A stretch of 64,000 nucleotides of DNA from the human T2T-CHM13v2.0 reference genome, Homo sapiens: assembly GCF_009914755.1 (NCBI RefSeq), contig NC_060942.1; one strand, 5' to 3'. How positions within the stretch are numbered: position 1 is the first letter of the stretch; every line of letters begins with the position of its first letter. The notes below the pieces were generated by a model that was given only the letters and a program-made list of their open reading frames with translations, searched no databases and was not told where the DNA came from. Shown here in pieces: positions 32,960-48,290 of the stretch. Position numbers and translations under genes: made by a program.

Positions 32960-33293
32960 AGCCAAAGAACATTCTAGAAGTACCCTTTTTTCATTTTAAC
33001 TATACCTCTTTGCATCATTTTTCGTTGATTAAAGATTATAATATAGGCCTGTAATTTTTAACTGTCTACGTGGAAGTAATACTGTACCACTTCATATAAA
33101 ATGCAGAATCCTTACAACTATATGTCAATTAATCCATCACTAACACCATCAATTTTATGCTATGTAAAATATTAATCATGCTGTGTAGAATTACATTGGC
33201 ATACATTGTAGACCTCTATTATAATGTTTGCTTTAGAGGATCATATACATAATAAAATAATTTTGATGAATATTAATCTTATACATTTATTCA
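32960..33293 (+). repeat. 334-bp direct duplicate of 34220-34553
   Basis: Ungapped alignment at offset 1260; 9 mismatches by my count. Confidence 0.97.
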
Positions 33294-35413
33294 CATTTAT
33301 AATTACACCATTTTAAAGAATTAACCCTTTTATTATTATGAAATATCCCTCTTCATCCCAAGTAAAAACTTGTCCTTAAAATATACTATTATAATATCAG
33401 TGTCATTTCTACTCTATCCTTCATAAACATATACATATGTTCCTTGCATAGCATGTCGTTTACCATCCATTTATTATTTTATTTTCAACTTTTATGTGTC
33501 TTTTAACTTCAAGTGTTATCTCTTGCAGAGGGTAAATAGCTGAGTGTTTGTGTGTGTGTGTGCGTGTGTGTGTTTTACTCTTTGTGACAATCTCTTTTAA
33601 TTAGAATAGTTAGCTTTGCCATTTATAACAATTACTAATTTGGTTGGATATAGAATTATTTTAATACTTGTTTTCTATTTGTCATTGCTGGTTTATTCTT
33701 TTTTTCTCCTTTTCTGCCTTCTTGTAGAATTATATTGCATTCTGTCTGTTTTGAAATTTGTTGTATTAGTTAGATTTTTATATTGTTTTTTACAGTTATC
33801 TTGGAAGGCTTTATGTGGGTTTTGTGTTGGGCATAAGTTAGCCACTCATGGCATATGTAAAAACCATAAATTACTAGACATACCTTGATTATAGCAATAA
33901 TCTTTTGTTAGCTCTAATATACATGAAGTTGTCACCAAGAAGTACATGGAGTGAGGCAGTAAAGCAAATAACAACTCCTGATCTTATAATTAGGTAAAAT
34001 TGATCTCATTACTTAGATAAGAATACAGATTTTAAATATCCCTAAAATTAGCTCATTGTGACCAAAAATTATCAAGAAGTAGGGCAAGATAGTGACTCAT
34101 CTTTTATCTTATTAATAAGCCATTTGGTGCTAGTGGCTAGCCCTTTAAGTACAGTGGTGCTGTGTGTGGTTTTGTGATCTCATAACTCAAAGTTTTAAAA
34201 TGTGTAGTCTTTTCCAAAGAGCCAAAGAACATTCTAGAAGTACCCTTTTTTCATTTTAAGTATACCTCTTTGCATCATTTTTCATTGATTAAAGATTATA
34301 ATATAGGCCTGTAATTTTTAACTGTCTATGTGGAAGTAATACTGTACCACTTCATATAAAATGCAGAATCCTTACAACTATATGTCAATTAATCCATCAC
34401 TAACACCATCAATTTTATGCTATGTGAAATATTAATCACGCTACGTAGAATTACATTGGCATACATTGTAGACCTCTATTATAATGTTTGCTTTAGAGGA
34501 TCATACACATAATAAAGTAATTTTGATGAATATTAATCTTATACATTTATTCAGATGGTTACAAATTATAGCACTCTTCATTCTTTTCAAGGGTCCAAGT
34601 TGCCATTTGTGTCATTTTCTTTTAAAGAGCTGCTTTTAACATTTCTTGCAATGACATCTGCTACCAAATTCTCTTTGTATTCTTTATCTGATATTTTATT
34701 TCACCTTTATTTTGTTAAAGGTGATTTCTCCAAATATAGGATTCCAAGTTGACAGGTTTTGGTATTTAAGCTTCCTCTCAGAAGCTTAAAGATGTTATTT
34801 GTTGTCTTTTTGATATACATAATTTCTTATAAGAAGTCAGTGGCTTTAAATTGATGTGACCCTGTTTGCAATGTATTAATTTTTTCTGTTTATTTTCAAG
34901 ATTTTTTTCTTAGTTTTGGCTCCTAGTAGCTGGATTATAATATGTCAAGGTGTGGCACTCTGTGTTTCTATCCAGCTTGAGGTTGCTGAGCTTCTCAAAT
35001 CTATACATTTATGTTCATGACCAAATTTGAGGAAATTTTGGCCATCATTTCTTTAAATGTTTTTCCACTCCCTTTCTTTATTCTCCCTTTGTATGTCTAA
35101 ATAAAGTATTTTAGATCTTTTTATATTGCCTCATGAGCCCTTGAAAACCATTATCCTTTTTTGAGTCTTTTTCCTTTTTCTCTTCTTCATATTGAATCAT
35201 TTGTATTGATGTATCTTCAAGTTCACACACTCTTCTGTAATACTTATTTTGCTGTTAAGCTCAAGTAGTACATTTAAAAATTTCAAATGTTATATTTTTA
35301 ATTATTTGTTTCTTTCAGAGTCATTTTTGAGATTTGCTACTTTTTAATAGTAAAGTCATATTTTTCTTTGTATCTTTGAGCACAGTGAAAAGAGTTGCTT
35401 TAAAATTCTTTAC

Positions 35414-35758
<345 letters not shown>

Positions 35759-37774
35759 CTAGTTCCAACATCTATGCTGTCTCAGGGTTAGTCTACATTG
35801 ATTGTAATTTTAAGTAGGTTGTGTTTTCCAGTTATTTGAGTATAGTCTACTTCTGAATTGTGTATTAGACATTTTGAATGATAGGCTCTGCTATAGAGAA
35901 TTTGTTATAATCCTCTCAAGAGGATTAAATGGTGAATGTTCAATAATTTTATTTGTTTTGTCAAACACTTAGCTGGACTGAAATTGCAAACTCTTTTTCC
36001 TTCTGCAGGGAGTAGAACAAAGGATCTTAGTTTAGGCATTTTTTTCTTTAGCTGTGCTGTTGGTGTTCATGCCACTTATGCAAGTTTTAGTCACTGGCAA
36101 GAGACTGGGAAATTATTTATACACAGAATTTGAAGATTTTCCTCTCCAGCTTTCTCCTTTCCTGGATTTTCATCTTCAATTTCCGTTTACTGCTGTTGGT
36201 GGCTTTTACTTGGATTTTTGGTCCTACATGCCACAGAGTCTGAGTTTTCTGAGTTTTTCCTGTGTATAGTATTTGGTACAAATTGAGTTTGCCCTCAATC
36301 TGAAAACTGTGGAGCTGGAAGACTGTCTCATTGTGTTGACTCTGGTCCAATATTTATCTCCTTCTGGTAACTCCCATATTTTCAGGTAGGTTTCATTGTG
36401 TGTGTGCATGTGTATATGTGTGTGTGTGCGTGTGTGTGTGTTTGCCCCAAAAGTTTGTAGTTGTTGTCTGAAGGTGCACTGGAATAAAAAGAGCCACTTA
36501 TTCATGTTGGAAAAATATGTTTCCTATGTCAGTGTTCAACTCTTTCTTACTCTATCTTATTATATTCTAAAAAGTTAGTTTTCTTTCCGCCCCCCCGCCA
36601 TGGGTCTTCTCTCAGTTTGATTTGAATATATCTTCTTATTAAATTTACTTATCCCATCTAATAGTCCTTGAAAGTATGGATTTAAATTCTTTGAACTAAC
36701 TTTTATTCTATTCTGAGATGCTGATGCTGCTGCCTGCTTTCTCCTCCTCCTCTTCCTTATTCTTCCACTTTTTCTTCTTTTATATATGTTTTTATTCCAT
36801 TTTCATGTTAAAATGATTTTTTCTAATAATGTTTGCATAGTTGCCATATATTGTTTTGATCATTTTTACATTTTATTTGAGCAGTTAATCTAATGTTTTT
36901 ATTTATTCTAATATACGATGATTTACTTTGCTTTGTGAAATCTCTTTGTATTATTTTTCAAGCTTTACATTGAAAACAGGAATATTTTCTTCATTTTACA
37001 CTTTTTAACCTGAGAACAGAAGGGAGAAAGAAGAGATATATACCATTAGGACAGTGTGTGCCCTTTGTTGTAGAGCCTGGTTTTATGTCTCTTTTAAAGG
37101 TTGGTTAAATATTTTCTCTACCTGCAGGAGAGTAGGAGAGGAGGGTTATCATTATCTTATGGGATAGATTAAACTGATCTTCAGATTATTTCATAACTTC
37201 ACTGTGAAACTTGGAAATGGGGAGTCCTACAGGATTTTACTAATTCTGATGAGGTTATAAGAATTCTAAGTAGGAATTTCTATTTATGAGGATTTTCCTA
37301 TCATTATTCAATTGACTGCTTAATCATACAATTTCTTCTTAGTTTCAATCTGGGAGTTATTAAAGAGAATTCTCAGGGTTTTCTTGATTCATTTCCATTA
37401 TTTAATACCTCTTCATGAAGATAAAGGGAGTAGGTATAAGGTGTGTAGCTGCCTAAGCTGCACCCAAATTTTCCATGTTATTTCCTAAACGGACACTTTT
37501 TAAAGTATTTTGTGGTATAATGTATGGTATATGATTTCTGCAGATAAATTGTTTCTCATTTGTATTTTTGTTATTCATTTTTTAAGATATTGAAGGTGGG
37601 GCAAGGGAGAATTGTAGCTTTTCAGTCTGCTTACCTTTTGCCATTGCTTATAAACTTGTCTTTCTATTTTGAGTTCTGTTTTTAAATCATCCTGCACTAT
37701 TTTATTTAAGGGATTTTAATATCCAAATTTAATTATATCACTTCTCCACTGAAAATTTCCAATTACCTGTATAT

Positions 37775-38750
37775 GACACTAAAATGAGGCAACAAAAGAA
37801 AAATAGATAAGTTACACTTCATTACAATTGAAAACTTTTGCACAGCAAAGGACACTATCAAAGGGTGAAAAGACAGCCACTAGAATGGGAGAAAATATGC
37901 AAATTATCTATCTCATAACGGATTAATATCTAGAATATGTAAAGGAAAACTACAACTCAGCAGCTTAAAAAACCCAATTCAAAAATGAGAAAAGAACTTG
38001 AATTGACATTTTTTCCAAAGAAGATATATAAATGGCCAAAAAGCACATAAAAAGATGCTTGACATCATTGGTTACTAGGGAATCGAAGATCAAAACCACA
38101 AAAAGACATGACTTTATCCCCACTAGGATGTCTGTAATGAAAGGAAAAATAACTACTGTAGGCTACAATGTGGAGAAATGGGAACTATTGTGCATTGCTG
38201 GTGTTGTTGGTGACAACATGAAATCATGCAACTGTTGTGAAAACAGTACGGTAGCTCCTCAAAAAGTTAAACATAGCATTACAATATCATCCAGCAACTC
38301 CACTTTTAGGTATATACTCCAGTTTTAGGTAATAACCAAAAGCAAGGACTCAAACAAATACTTGCATACCAATGTTCATAGCAACATTATTGATAATAGC
38401 TCAAAGGTAGAAACAATCCACAGGTTTATCAACAGATGAATGGGTGAAGAATGAAATACTATCCAGCATTAAAAAGAATCAAATTCTAATACGTGTTACA
38501 ACATGGATGAATCTTGAAAACACTGAGCTACATGAAATAAACCAGATGCAAAAGCACACATTTTCTGTGCTTCCACTTATATTAGGTACCTAGAATAGCC
38601 AAATTCATAGAGATAGTATAATAGAGGTTGCCAGAAGCTAGGGGAAGTGGGGAGTAGGGAGTTACTGTTTAAGTGGTACAGAGATTCTGTTTGAGATGAT
38701 GAAAAAGTTCTGTAAATGAATGGTTGTAATTTTACTACAGTAAAAAATAT
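37775..38750 (+). mobile_element. 5'-truncated L1MB-like 3' end inserted in an L2 relic
   Basis: ORF2 C-terminal relic (MAKKHIKRCLTSL) and L1MB-type 3'UTR. TSD-like tttccaattacct(g/a)ta near 37756 and 38757. Confidence 0.85.
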
Positions 38751-39039
38751 CAAATTTTTCCAATTACCTATAAAAAAATCAAGGACAGTGTTCTATTCTC
38801 TTCATGACCTAGCCCTATCCTATCTTCTTGCCCTCTTTTACTGTCTCCTCCTTACCTTTTGTCCCAGATGTATCTCCAAAAACCATAGGTTCCCCAAGAA
38901 TGTTGTATTGCTTCAATCTTTTGTTTATTATCTTTAAAAGAATGGTTCTCATTTTACATTACCTGTAGAGTCTAACTCACCTTCGAAACCAAATTCACAT
39001 ACTAATTTTTATTTAACAACGTCCGAAACATTATGTAGT

Positions 39040-39515
39040 ATACATCTACAGGTTGAATTTATTTGTCCAGAACTGGACCACTGTTGTTGGTAAAAGCTTA
39101 TTTTCCTCCCAAAAACATGTTCTTTGCATGGGTGCTGTTGATTCACTGCTATCAAAGAATATCACCTGATGAATGGAGATCAATTAAGTACCGTTACTAA
39201 AATTGTTAAAGCAAATTTCATTCTCTCTCTGTCTATAAACCTAGGCTAAATGCATCAAAGCAACTGAATAGTTATATTTCTGGATAGTAGAGAGAGTCAA
39301 TTTAAAAAAATTCCATGCACCAGGAAACAAAAAGGAGATATAGAAAGAAAGAAAGAGAGAGAGAAAAAAGAATTCTGGAAGAGTTAGGTCTTTGGGAGCA
39401 TTCTGTGTGACTAGTTAATCCCCTTTTCCTCTTTTTGGTTGATGCCATGAGCTAATCAATGAGCTTTGCACATAGGCTACTTAGAGTTTGGTTTCTGTCA
39501 GTTGCAACCAGAATG
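39040..39515 (+). mobile_element. Old MaLR LTR (MLT1-like) within L2 remnants
   Basis: 3' end gagtttggtttctgtcagttgcaacc is typical of MLT1I/J/K. Confidence 0.5.
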
Positions 39516-40794
39516 AATATTTTTTATTACTTCTCTGATATATACCTATGCCCTTCCAATATTACCTTAACAAGTTATTATTCTATGTTTAGTCTCTGTC
39601 AGGCTATGAATCCATGAAGAACATGTCCTTGCTTCTTTCATCTCACTTTCATGGAACCTGTACATTGAATTGAATTTCAAAAATAATTAGGTTTATATCT
39701 TTGAAATTGTAGTTGTTTCCTTCTAATTACAAAAGCCATCTATGTTTCTGCAGTTTAATGTAGTTCAAGAAATGCATTTTAATATGTAGCCCCCCCATGC
39801 TAAACATTAAGAATATGAAGATAAATATGACTTGATTCTTGATCAATTCTAAAGGGCAAAAGTGCAGACAGATACACACACACAAAGAATTTCAATACAA
39901 TGTGAAAGTGATAAGAATGGGTGCCGTGAGAGATGAGAGGCACTTGACAAAAACAGGAGAGGCTTTCATGGAAACAACTGAAAAGCTGAAAAAACTGAGA
40001 CCTGAGAAACTATAATATAAAAAATAGTATTTTTAATCTTACTTCCCACCATACTGAGACAATCAAAAATAAAACTTTGGGTCTTCCTTCTAGGTTTTAC
40101 ACACACACACACAAATAAACAATCAGACACAAATGAACAATATAGTGTGGCATGTAGCTGTAGATATTTCTCAGGCAACATTTGTAAGCATCATTTTTGC
40201 TAAAATAATTAAAAAACATTATCTTGTTATGATGAAATAATAGATATTTAATGTAATTTACTTAATTATCCTGCTATTGTTAACATTTCTATTGTTTCAA
40301 TATTTATAAATAAAACTGAGATAAATATTTCACTCACTCATAATTTTTTCATTTCTAATTATTTACTTAAGACACATATCTGACATAGTCTTAAGGAGTC
40401 AATAGCTAGATTAGATACACATAAATTTTAAGCCTATGTTTTGGAGTAATTGAGGCCTATAGATTTTTGGTGATTTGTCTAAAAGATATTGGGAATTATT
40501 GTTCCCCATCTCCTGCTAGTGCTGATTCTTCTTTCCCCTTCTGTTCCTAACCTGTGCCCAGTGCTGCTCATCAACCTTTCTTGTTTTGTTGCCTGTAAGA
40601 ACATGATGCCATCCTGCTTGAGTGATCAGCAATGGTGGCTTAAATAGTCATTCACAGGGCATGATTCATGGGACCTGCCACTGGGCCTGGGTTGGGGGGG
40701 TTGCTTTCTTGGTTAATAATGCTTTGTTTCAATTATAAACACCCTAATAATTATCATGGCAACATGCTGTATGTACACAGAAAAACTTAAAAAG

Positions 40795-40917
40795 TTTTTT
40801 TTGAAATGGGTCTCATTATGTTGTCCAGAGAGTCCTTGAACATTTGGGTTCCAGCAATCCTCCTGTCTCAGCCTCCCAACTAGCTAGAACTACAGGTGCA
40901 CATCACCATGCCCAGCT
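40795..40917 (-). mobile_element. FLAM (free left Alu monomer)
   Basis: tttttgaaatgggtctcattatgttgtccag...caccatgcccagct; monomer length with poly(T) on the left. Confidence 0.8.
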
Positions 40918-41564
40918 ACAAAAACTTTTAGCTCTCCCAGTAATCAAAATGTAAGGTACTATTTCTCTTACTTTTATATATGTTGGACTTGGTTTTGAAA
41001 TCTTGTTTTATTTCAATATCATAAATTAACTCATAAAAGTATTGTGGATAATTTTCTCCCAGAGAATTGTTTAGACCCTTCATTTTGAGAACATAATGGG
41101 TATGCAAAAAATGAAAAAAGACAACGTATTCATCATCTGTGAATAAAAGCCAAGTGCCCTCTGAAAAGAAAGGACAAATAAATTATTAAACAAATAGCTC
41201 GTTTTTAGCAGCAAAATTAACCTAATATTTTATGGTTTTCAAGGAAATACATACTGATAAAGAGCATTGAGGAAAAAAATGTCTCCAGCATCCAACTTTC
41301 TAACGAGAGATGCATGTGTTTATCATTCTTCTCCTATGTCCACTGCCTGAGGCAGTGGAAGGATGTTTTTGCTCTCCTTTTGCCTTATCTCTCCCAGTGT
41401 AATAACCCCATCCTAAATAGGCTTCAATGCCCACTGCAATGAATACAAATATGCTTGCTAGATTTGGACTGTAAAACTAGTTTCCCCTACTCTCTGTGCC
41501 TCAGTGGAATATATATTAAATGAAGCTATTCCATAAAACATCATCTTATAATAGTAGGTAAGTA

Positions 41565-41659
41565 GGCTGCTCTGTTTATGGAGTAGCCATTCTTTTATTT
41601 CTTTACTTTCTTAATTAACTTGCTGTCACTTTAAAAAAAAAAAAAAAAGAAAAAAAAAA
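41565..41659 (+). pseudogene. Polyadenylated MER41-type LTR R-region fragment (retrocopy-like)
   Basis: ggctgctctgtttatggagtagccattcttttatttctttactttcttaattaacttgctgtcacttt followed directly by a ~27-nt A tract. Homologous to 58670-58720. Confidence 0.75.
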
Positions 41660-42054
41660 TAGCCTGAACTTTAGCCATCTTCCAAGTACTAATGAAATGT
41701 TCCTGTCTCTAATGTTTAAATAGACTAATGAAGGGCAGTTTTGCCATAGAGGTTAGCTCGATTTTTAATGTATGAGATCTGGGGAACACCTACTTCTAAA
41801 TAGCTGAACTAAAGCAAGGACTTATTTATAATTCTGAAATCATAATTTTTTTCTTTATTTCTGTAAACTCTTGGTTATTTAATCATCAACTGTTTCAGAT
41901 GTACTACAGCACCCAAGAATAGAAAGGGAGTGAGAGAGAGAGGTCCCAGACAAAGGAAGAGATACCTTTGTCTTCGTTACAGAACGTGTAACCCCTAATC
42001 CTGTAAATTTAGTCTTTCTAAGGATTTTTTGAATTTTATCCTAGCCCCACCATC

Positions 42055-42830
42055 CATTTATTTATTTGAAATATATATATTGAATGTTCTCAAAATATAA
42101 TCCAATGCACCATTCCTTGGGAATACATCATTAAAAGGACAAATATAATCTGCCTAAAGGTATTTACATTCTGGGAAGTAACAAATGTTACAACCAGAAA
42201 TCATTACCTAATTATTTTACGGTTGCTCTGTAATAAAAAGTAATATAGGTGCAATAAAAGTATATAATATAGAGTCAAGAACCAAGCATGGGAATATTTG
42301 CTTGAAGAATTAGAGTTGGAAATGAGCTGTGAAAGATGTATACCAAAATAAGGAGTGTGACACTCAAAGGAAATAGCATTGCACAGACTCTAAGATACAG
42401 AAAAACATAGACATACTCCAAGAATTGAAAGAATGTCAATGTGGCAGAAACAATAAAGCAAGGAATAAAGAGCTAGAACTGACTCTCTAAAGTGGACAGC
42501 AGACATATTCTGCATGTGTTCTAAATATTTATTCTTACAGTGATAAAAGGCATCGAAGAACTTTAAACAAGGCAATGACATAATCATAATTTCTTATATT
42601 TCCTTTAAAATATCATTCTTAATTACCATGTGAGTAACAGACTAGAGAGTGACGATTAGGATCCAGTAAGAAGTGCTAAGACTTGAGAGAGAATGATCAT
42701 TTATTCCATGAGGATAGCAAGGAAATTGATAAAAGTGGATAAATTTGAGCGATATTTAGAAACATGTTTTGTGGCTAAAGAAGAATGAAGGAGAAATAAA
42801 AGTCAAGACGAATGTTAGTCTCTAGGACTA
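42055..42830 (-). mobile_element. L2 LINE relic
   Basis: catttatttatttgaaatatatatattgaatg at the left end, and gaagaactttaaacaaggcaatgacataatc internally. Confidence 0.65.
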
Positions 42831-44010
42831 TAATCCCTAAATATTTTTGGAAAAGAGTGAGTCTTCAAATCCTTGTAAATTGCACCGGTAGAGGAAGACA
42901 CATGCCTAGAAGGAAATTAGTTGATTCAGGTAGGGGTACAAGGGTTAGAAAATATAGCGAAGGATATGTGGGTAAATTTGTGGGGAACCTTTGGTTGACT
43001 TTGGCCACAACCTCCTTTGGGTCAATGCCAGAGAATGAGACTGTAGCAATACTGGAGTCAGAGAATACATATGTAGATACATACATACATTTACACACAC
43101 ACAACATTGCTTGGATATTCCCTCCATAGTCTTGATCACAATGCAGAAGTAATTTTGGCTTGCTAAGTCTATCGATCCAACACTATTGAAAAAAAATATG
43201 CTACTATATGCTGCCATATCACAAGAAAATGAAATGCAATCAGATATATCCATAGAGATGGTTATATCATAATGATGGCAGAAGGAATAGTGGAAGATTT
43301 TCTAAGTAAACTATGTAGTATAGACTCTCTCTTTTGGCATCTTTGAAAGGAGAGAAAAACACTGTTCACAAATATAGATAGGAACTTTACATGGCCTTTA
43401 TTTAAATCACAGTGGAAATTTTGAAGTGTAAATTGATGGTTAAGATTTCCTGTCTGTGCCTTAACATTTTCTCAATATCCTAACCCTACCTCGTACTTCC
43501 TATTTCCTCCCAACACTCACCCCAATTGGCACATTAAGCCACAGAAACCTTACAAAACAACACTGTAGTCGCATTTCTCTAGAATTCATCATTTTCCCTC
43601 CCAGTGCTGCAGTGCTGGACATCCAAAGCCCAGACTTTGGATAGCTCTAGCCTTTACAGTTTGACTCTCTTCCTTTTCTCTGTCTACTTGGATTTGAACA
43701 CCTGTCTGTAATCAAAGAGAACTTTCATAAATCTCTAACTAATGTGTAATAAAGTCCTCAGAATAAGTTAGTCCATGATCTTCAGTAGTCGCCTTATGTC
43801 CTCATAGTACTCAGAAACTAGAGGGTGGACATGATCCTTCACATGACAGGAACATCTCAGTACTATGCCAAATCTGCTTTTACTTCTGTGAATCTCTACC
43901 CCTTCCTTCAGAGAGTACAATTGACTAAAGTTTTCTTCATTGAAACTCTTTAAGGGTCTGGGACCAGAGGAGCAGGGAATTCACATTACCATTTCTAAAG
44001 TAAATATCAA

Positions 44011-44333
<323 letters not shown>

Positions 44334-44435
44334 CGCTGAAGTGGAAGACATGAAGAAAGATGGAAGAGTTATTATAAGATGAAAATGGTTGCACAATCAC
44401 AAAACATGAGCATTTAAAAAAATATACTGGCACTA

Positions 44436-44529
44436 GAGATCGCACCACTGCACTCCAGCCTGGGTGACAGAGCAAGACTCTGTCTCTCTCTTTCTCTCTC
44501 TCTCTCTATATATAGGTATATATACATAC
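44436..44529 (+). mobile_element. Severely 5'-truncated Alu (~50 bp) with (TC)n(TA)n tail
   Basis: gagatcgcaccactgcactccagcctgggtgacagagcaagactctgtctc; TSD atatactg(g/t)cacta at 44422-44435 and 44530-44543. Confidence 0.88.
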
Positions 44530-44634
44530 ATATACTGTCACTAAAATTTTAGATGAGACGTGAATGCAGAATAAAGGCACATTTTAAAAGGTTGGAATGA
44601 TAAGAGAAAACGTTAAAATTTTTATCACTTTGTC

Positions 44635-45245
44635 ATATATTCATACTGATTCAACCTGAGAAATAAAATACCAGAAATCATTAGAATAAGGGATTTATTA
44701 TAGGGATTTGACCTCATGTAATTATTAGAGCTGGTTTGGCAGCATTGGCTCAGCTGTTTCTCCTACTTCTACATCTGGACCAGAGCCTGAAGTCACAGAA
44801 AAGGCAGTTGCTAAGAAAAGATGAACATGAAATAGGAGAAATCAGGGAAAGCTTAGACCCAGGTCTATTTCTTACCAAAACCCATGTTGGTATCTCCTCA
44901 TGCCCAAGTTTCTAACTTTACTGCTATGGGAGGCTGCAGGAAAAGCTGGCACCTCTGTGGTACAGCCACACTCACACCTGGCCTAGAATGTGAAGAAGCT
45001 GAGGGAAGAACTCCTATGGAGTTCCAGGAGGCAATGTCCCCTGCTGCTGCCCTAACCAGCAAGGTGAGCGACAGAGCTGCTAAAGCATGTGGGCACTAGA
45101 ACAGGGCCAGATCGACAGTCCCAAAAGTAGACTCTTCTGCTCAGCTTGCACAACTTTCTTTGGTGGCCGACTCTAATCGGTGACATGTAGAAAAATGAGT
45201 TCTGGGAAACGTTGTCCAGCTAAATCAAATTGAAACATTATGAAG
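44635..45245 (-). mobile_element. Old ERVL-class LTR (LTR50/MLT2F-like)
   Basis: ggatttattatagggatttgacctcatgtaatt...gagttctgggaaacgttgtccagctaaatcaaattgaaacatta. Subfamily uncertain. Confidence 0.5.
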
Positions 45246-46108
45246 ACGATATTGGTAGACTCTGCCAAGAATTTTCATGTCTATAGCTTAATTTTTATTG
45301 AGAAACAAAATCAGATCTTCCTTGCCAGAATACATCATTGTTCAAGGGATGCCTGAAGGCTCCTGGTACCCTTGCCTTGACCTCTTCCACCTGAGTAAAG
45401 CCCTGGTGAATTGTGGCTAAGTCAAGGAAACGAGGAGTTTTGAAGGGTATGACCTTTAAGATAAATTACATAATGTTGATTTTCATAGTTCTAATAAGCA
45501 GGAATGCCAATTCTTGAAAAACATTAACAATTTTTGTTTAAGATTAGAAATACTAGGCTTATAAGTGTTTACCAAACCAGACTGTTTTATGTAGTTACTT
45601 AGTTCTGTTTTCTCCTCTTTCGTTTTTTATGATAGGTGGTTTTTGAGTATTTAAAGAGATGCCGAAAATGGCACTTACATATGCAGTTAGTACATAATTA
45701 TCTCAGTAATAGTAACTAGGAAAAAATGGGAAAGCTACTTTTGTCTAGCATTTTTCTGTTGCCTTAAATTCTACTACTGGTAATTTATTTTTTCTAAGCA
45801 TATTCTACTTCCTGTGACTTCTATTGAAATATGAATGGAATGAAATAGTAAGTCAGTAAAATTTTAGTAATAATTAGCTCATCAGACAGATTTTTTCATC
45901 TAAGGGAAAATAAAGTGAATAAAAGGGCTAATTGAATGAGAGAAGAGGCATAAGAATCAGATATTATCATATGAAAGGTAAATTACTCTAATTTCAGAGT
46001 TTGCCTATGGAAAGTTTTATGTCAACAGTGACACATTTTGTCAAAATATGTAAGGAAAGAGAGTTCCAGCACACTGGAAGCTCACCATCCAGTAATAATA
46101 GTCCCCAA

Positions 46109-46505
46109 CACTATGGAGTGGGTGTTTGTATCTTCCCCAAATTCATATGTTGAGACCCTAACCCCCAATATTGTGATATTTGGAGATGTGGCCTGTGGGA
46201 TTCAATTAGTGGTAGATTAGATAATGAGAGTGGAGCCCTTATAATGGCATCAGTTTTCGTGGTATTATAAGAAGAGAAAGAAAGAGCATCTCTCCCTGAG
46301 TGTATGCATGAAAAAGAGGCCATGTGAGGACATAGCAAGAAGGCATTGTCTGCAAGCCAAGAAAAGAGCCCTCACCAGAGCCTGATCATGCTTACATCCT
46401 GATCTTGGACTTCCAGCCTCCAGCACTATGAGAAAATTTATTTGGGTTATTTAAGCCACCTGTTTTTATGGTATCTTGTTATGGCAGCTCAAGCCGGCTA
46501 ATAAA
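46109..46505 (+). mobile_element. MLT1A-like MaLR solo LTR
   Basis: ccccaaattcatatgttgagaccctaacccccaa...cttggacttccagcctccag...tttaagccacc. Confidence 0.85.
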
Positions 46506-46514
46506 ATAGCCAGC

Positions 46515-46700
46515 CCTTGGCGAGTGCATAGTGTGTGTCTGGCACTGTTCTGAGGGGAATACCTGTGGTCACTCAAGTATAACCCTATGAGGGAGGCACT
46601 ATGATTACTCTCATTTCACAGATGATGAAAATGAGTCACAAAGGTAGTAACTCACCCAGATTTGTATACCCAGTAAAACACAGAGCTGGAATTTGAGTTT
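46515..46700 (-). mobile_element. MIR SINE
   Basis: tggcactgttct...ctcatttcacagatgatgaaaatgagtcaca (reverse-complemented core). Confidence 0.7.
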
Positions 46701-46881
46701 ATAAAAGTCAGAAATTGATGAAGAATCCCCTAATGTGTTTAACTTTTGTATTCAAACAAATAATACAGTCACAATGAAAAGGAGAAATCTTTTAGCCAAG
46801 TAAAGTTATTAGAAGTGAAGTGAAAAGGATTTTCATATAGTAAAACAATTACAACTAGAAAATATTGAAGAATTATATTCA

Positions 46882-47317
<436 letters not shown>

Positions 47318-47439
47318 TTATTCATCAGATCTAGTTTGAGAATCTAGGCCTAAGCCCCACTATCAATTTACTTATTGATGTTAACCAAACCCAAGGACAG
47401 AAGTGTTGCTAGTTATGGTATGAAAGTTTATGGCTAGAT

Positions 47440-48290
<851 letters not shown>

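Noticed and set aside
33740-34230. Possible NUMT
   Set aside because: I could not match it to recalled mtDNA control region or rRNA sequence; kept only as unassigned.
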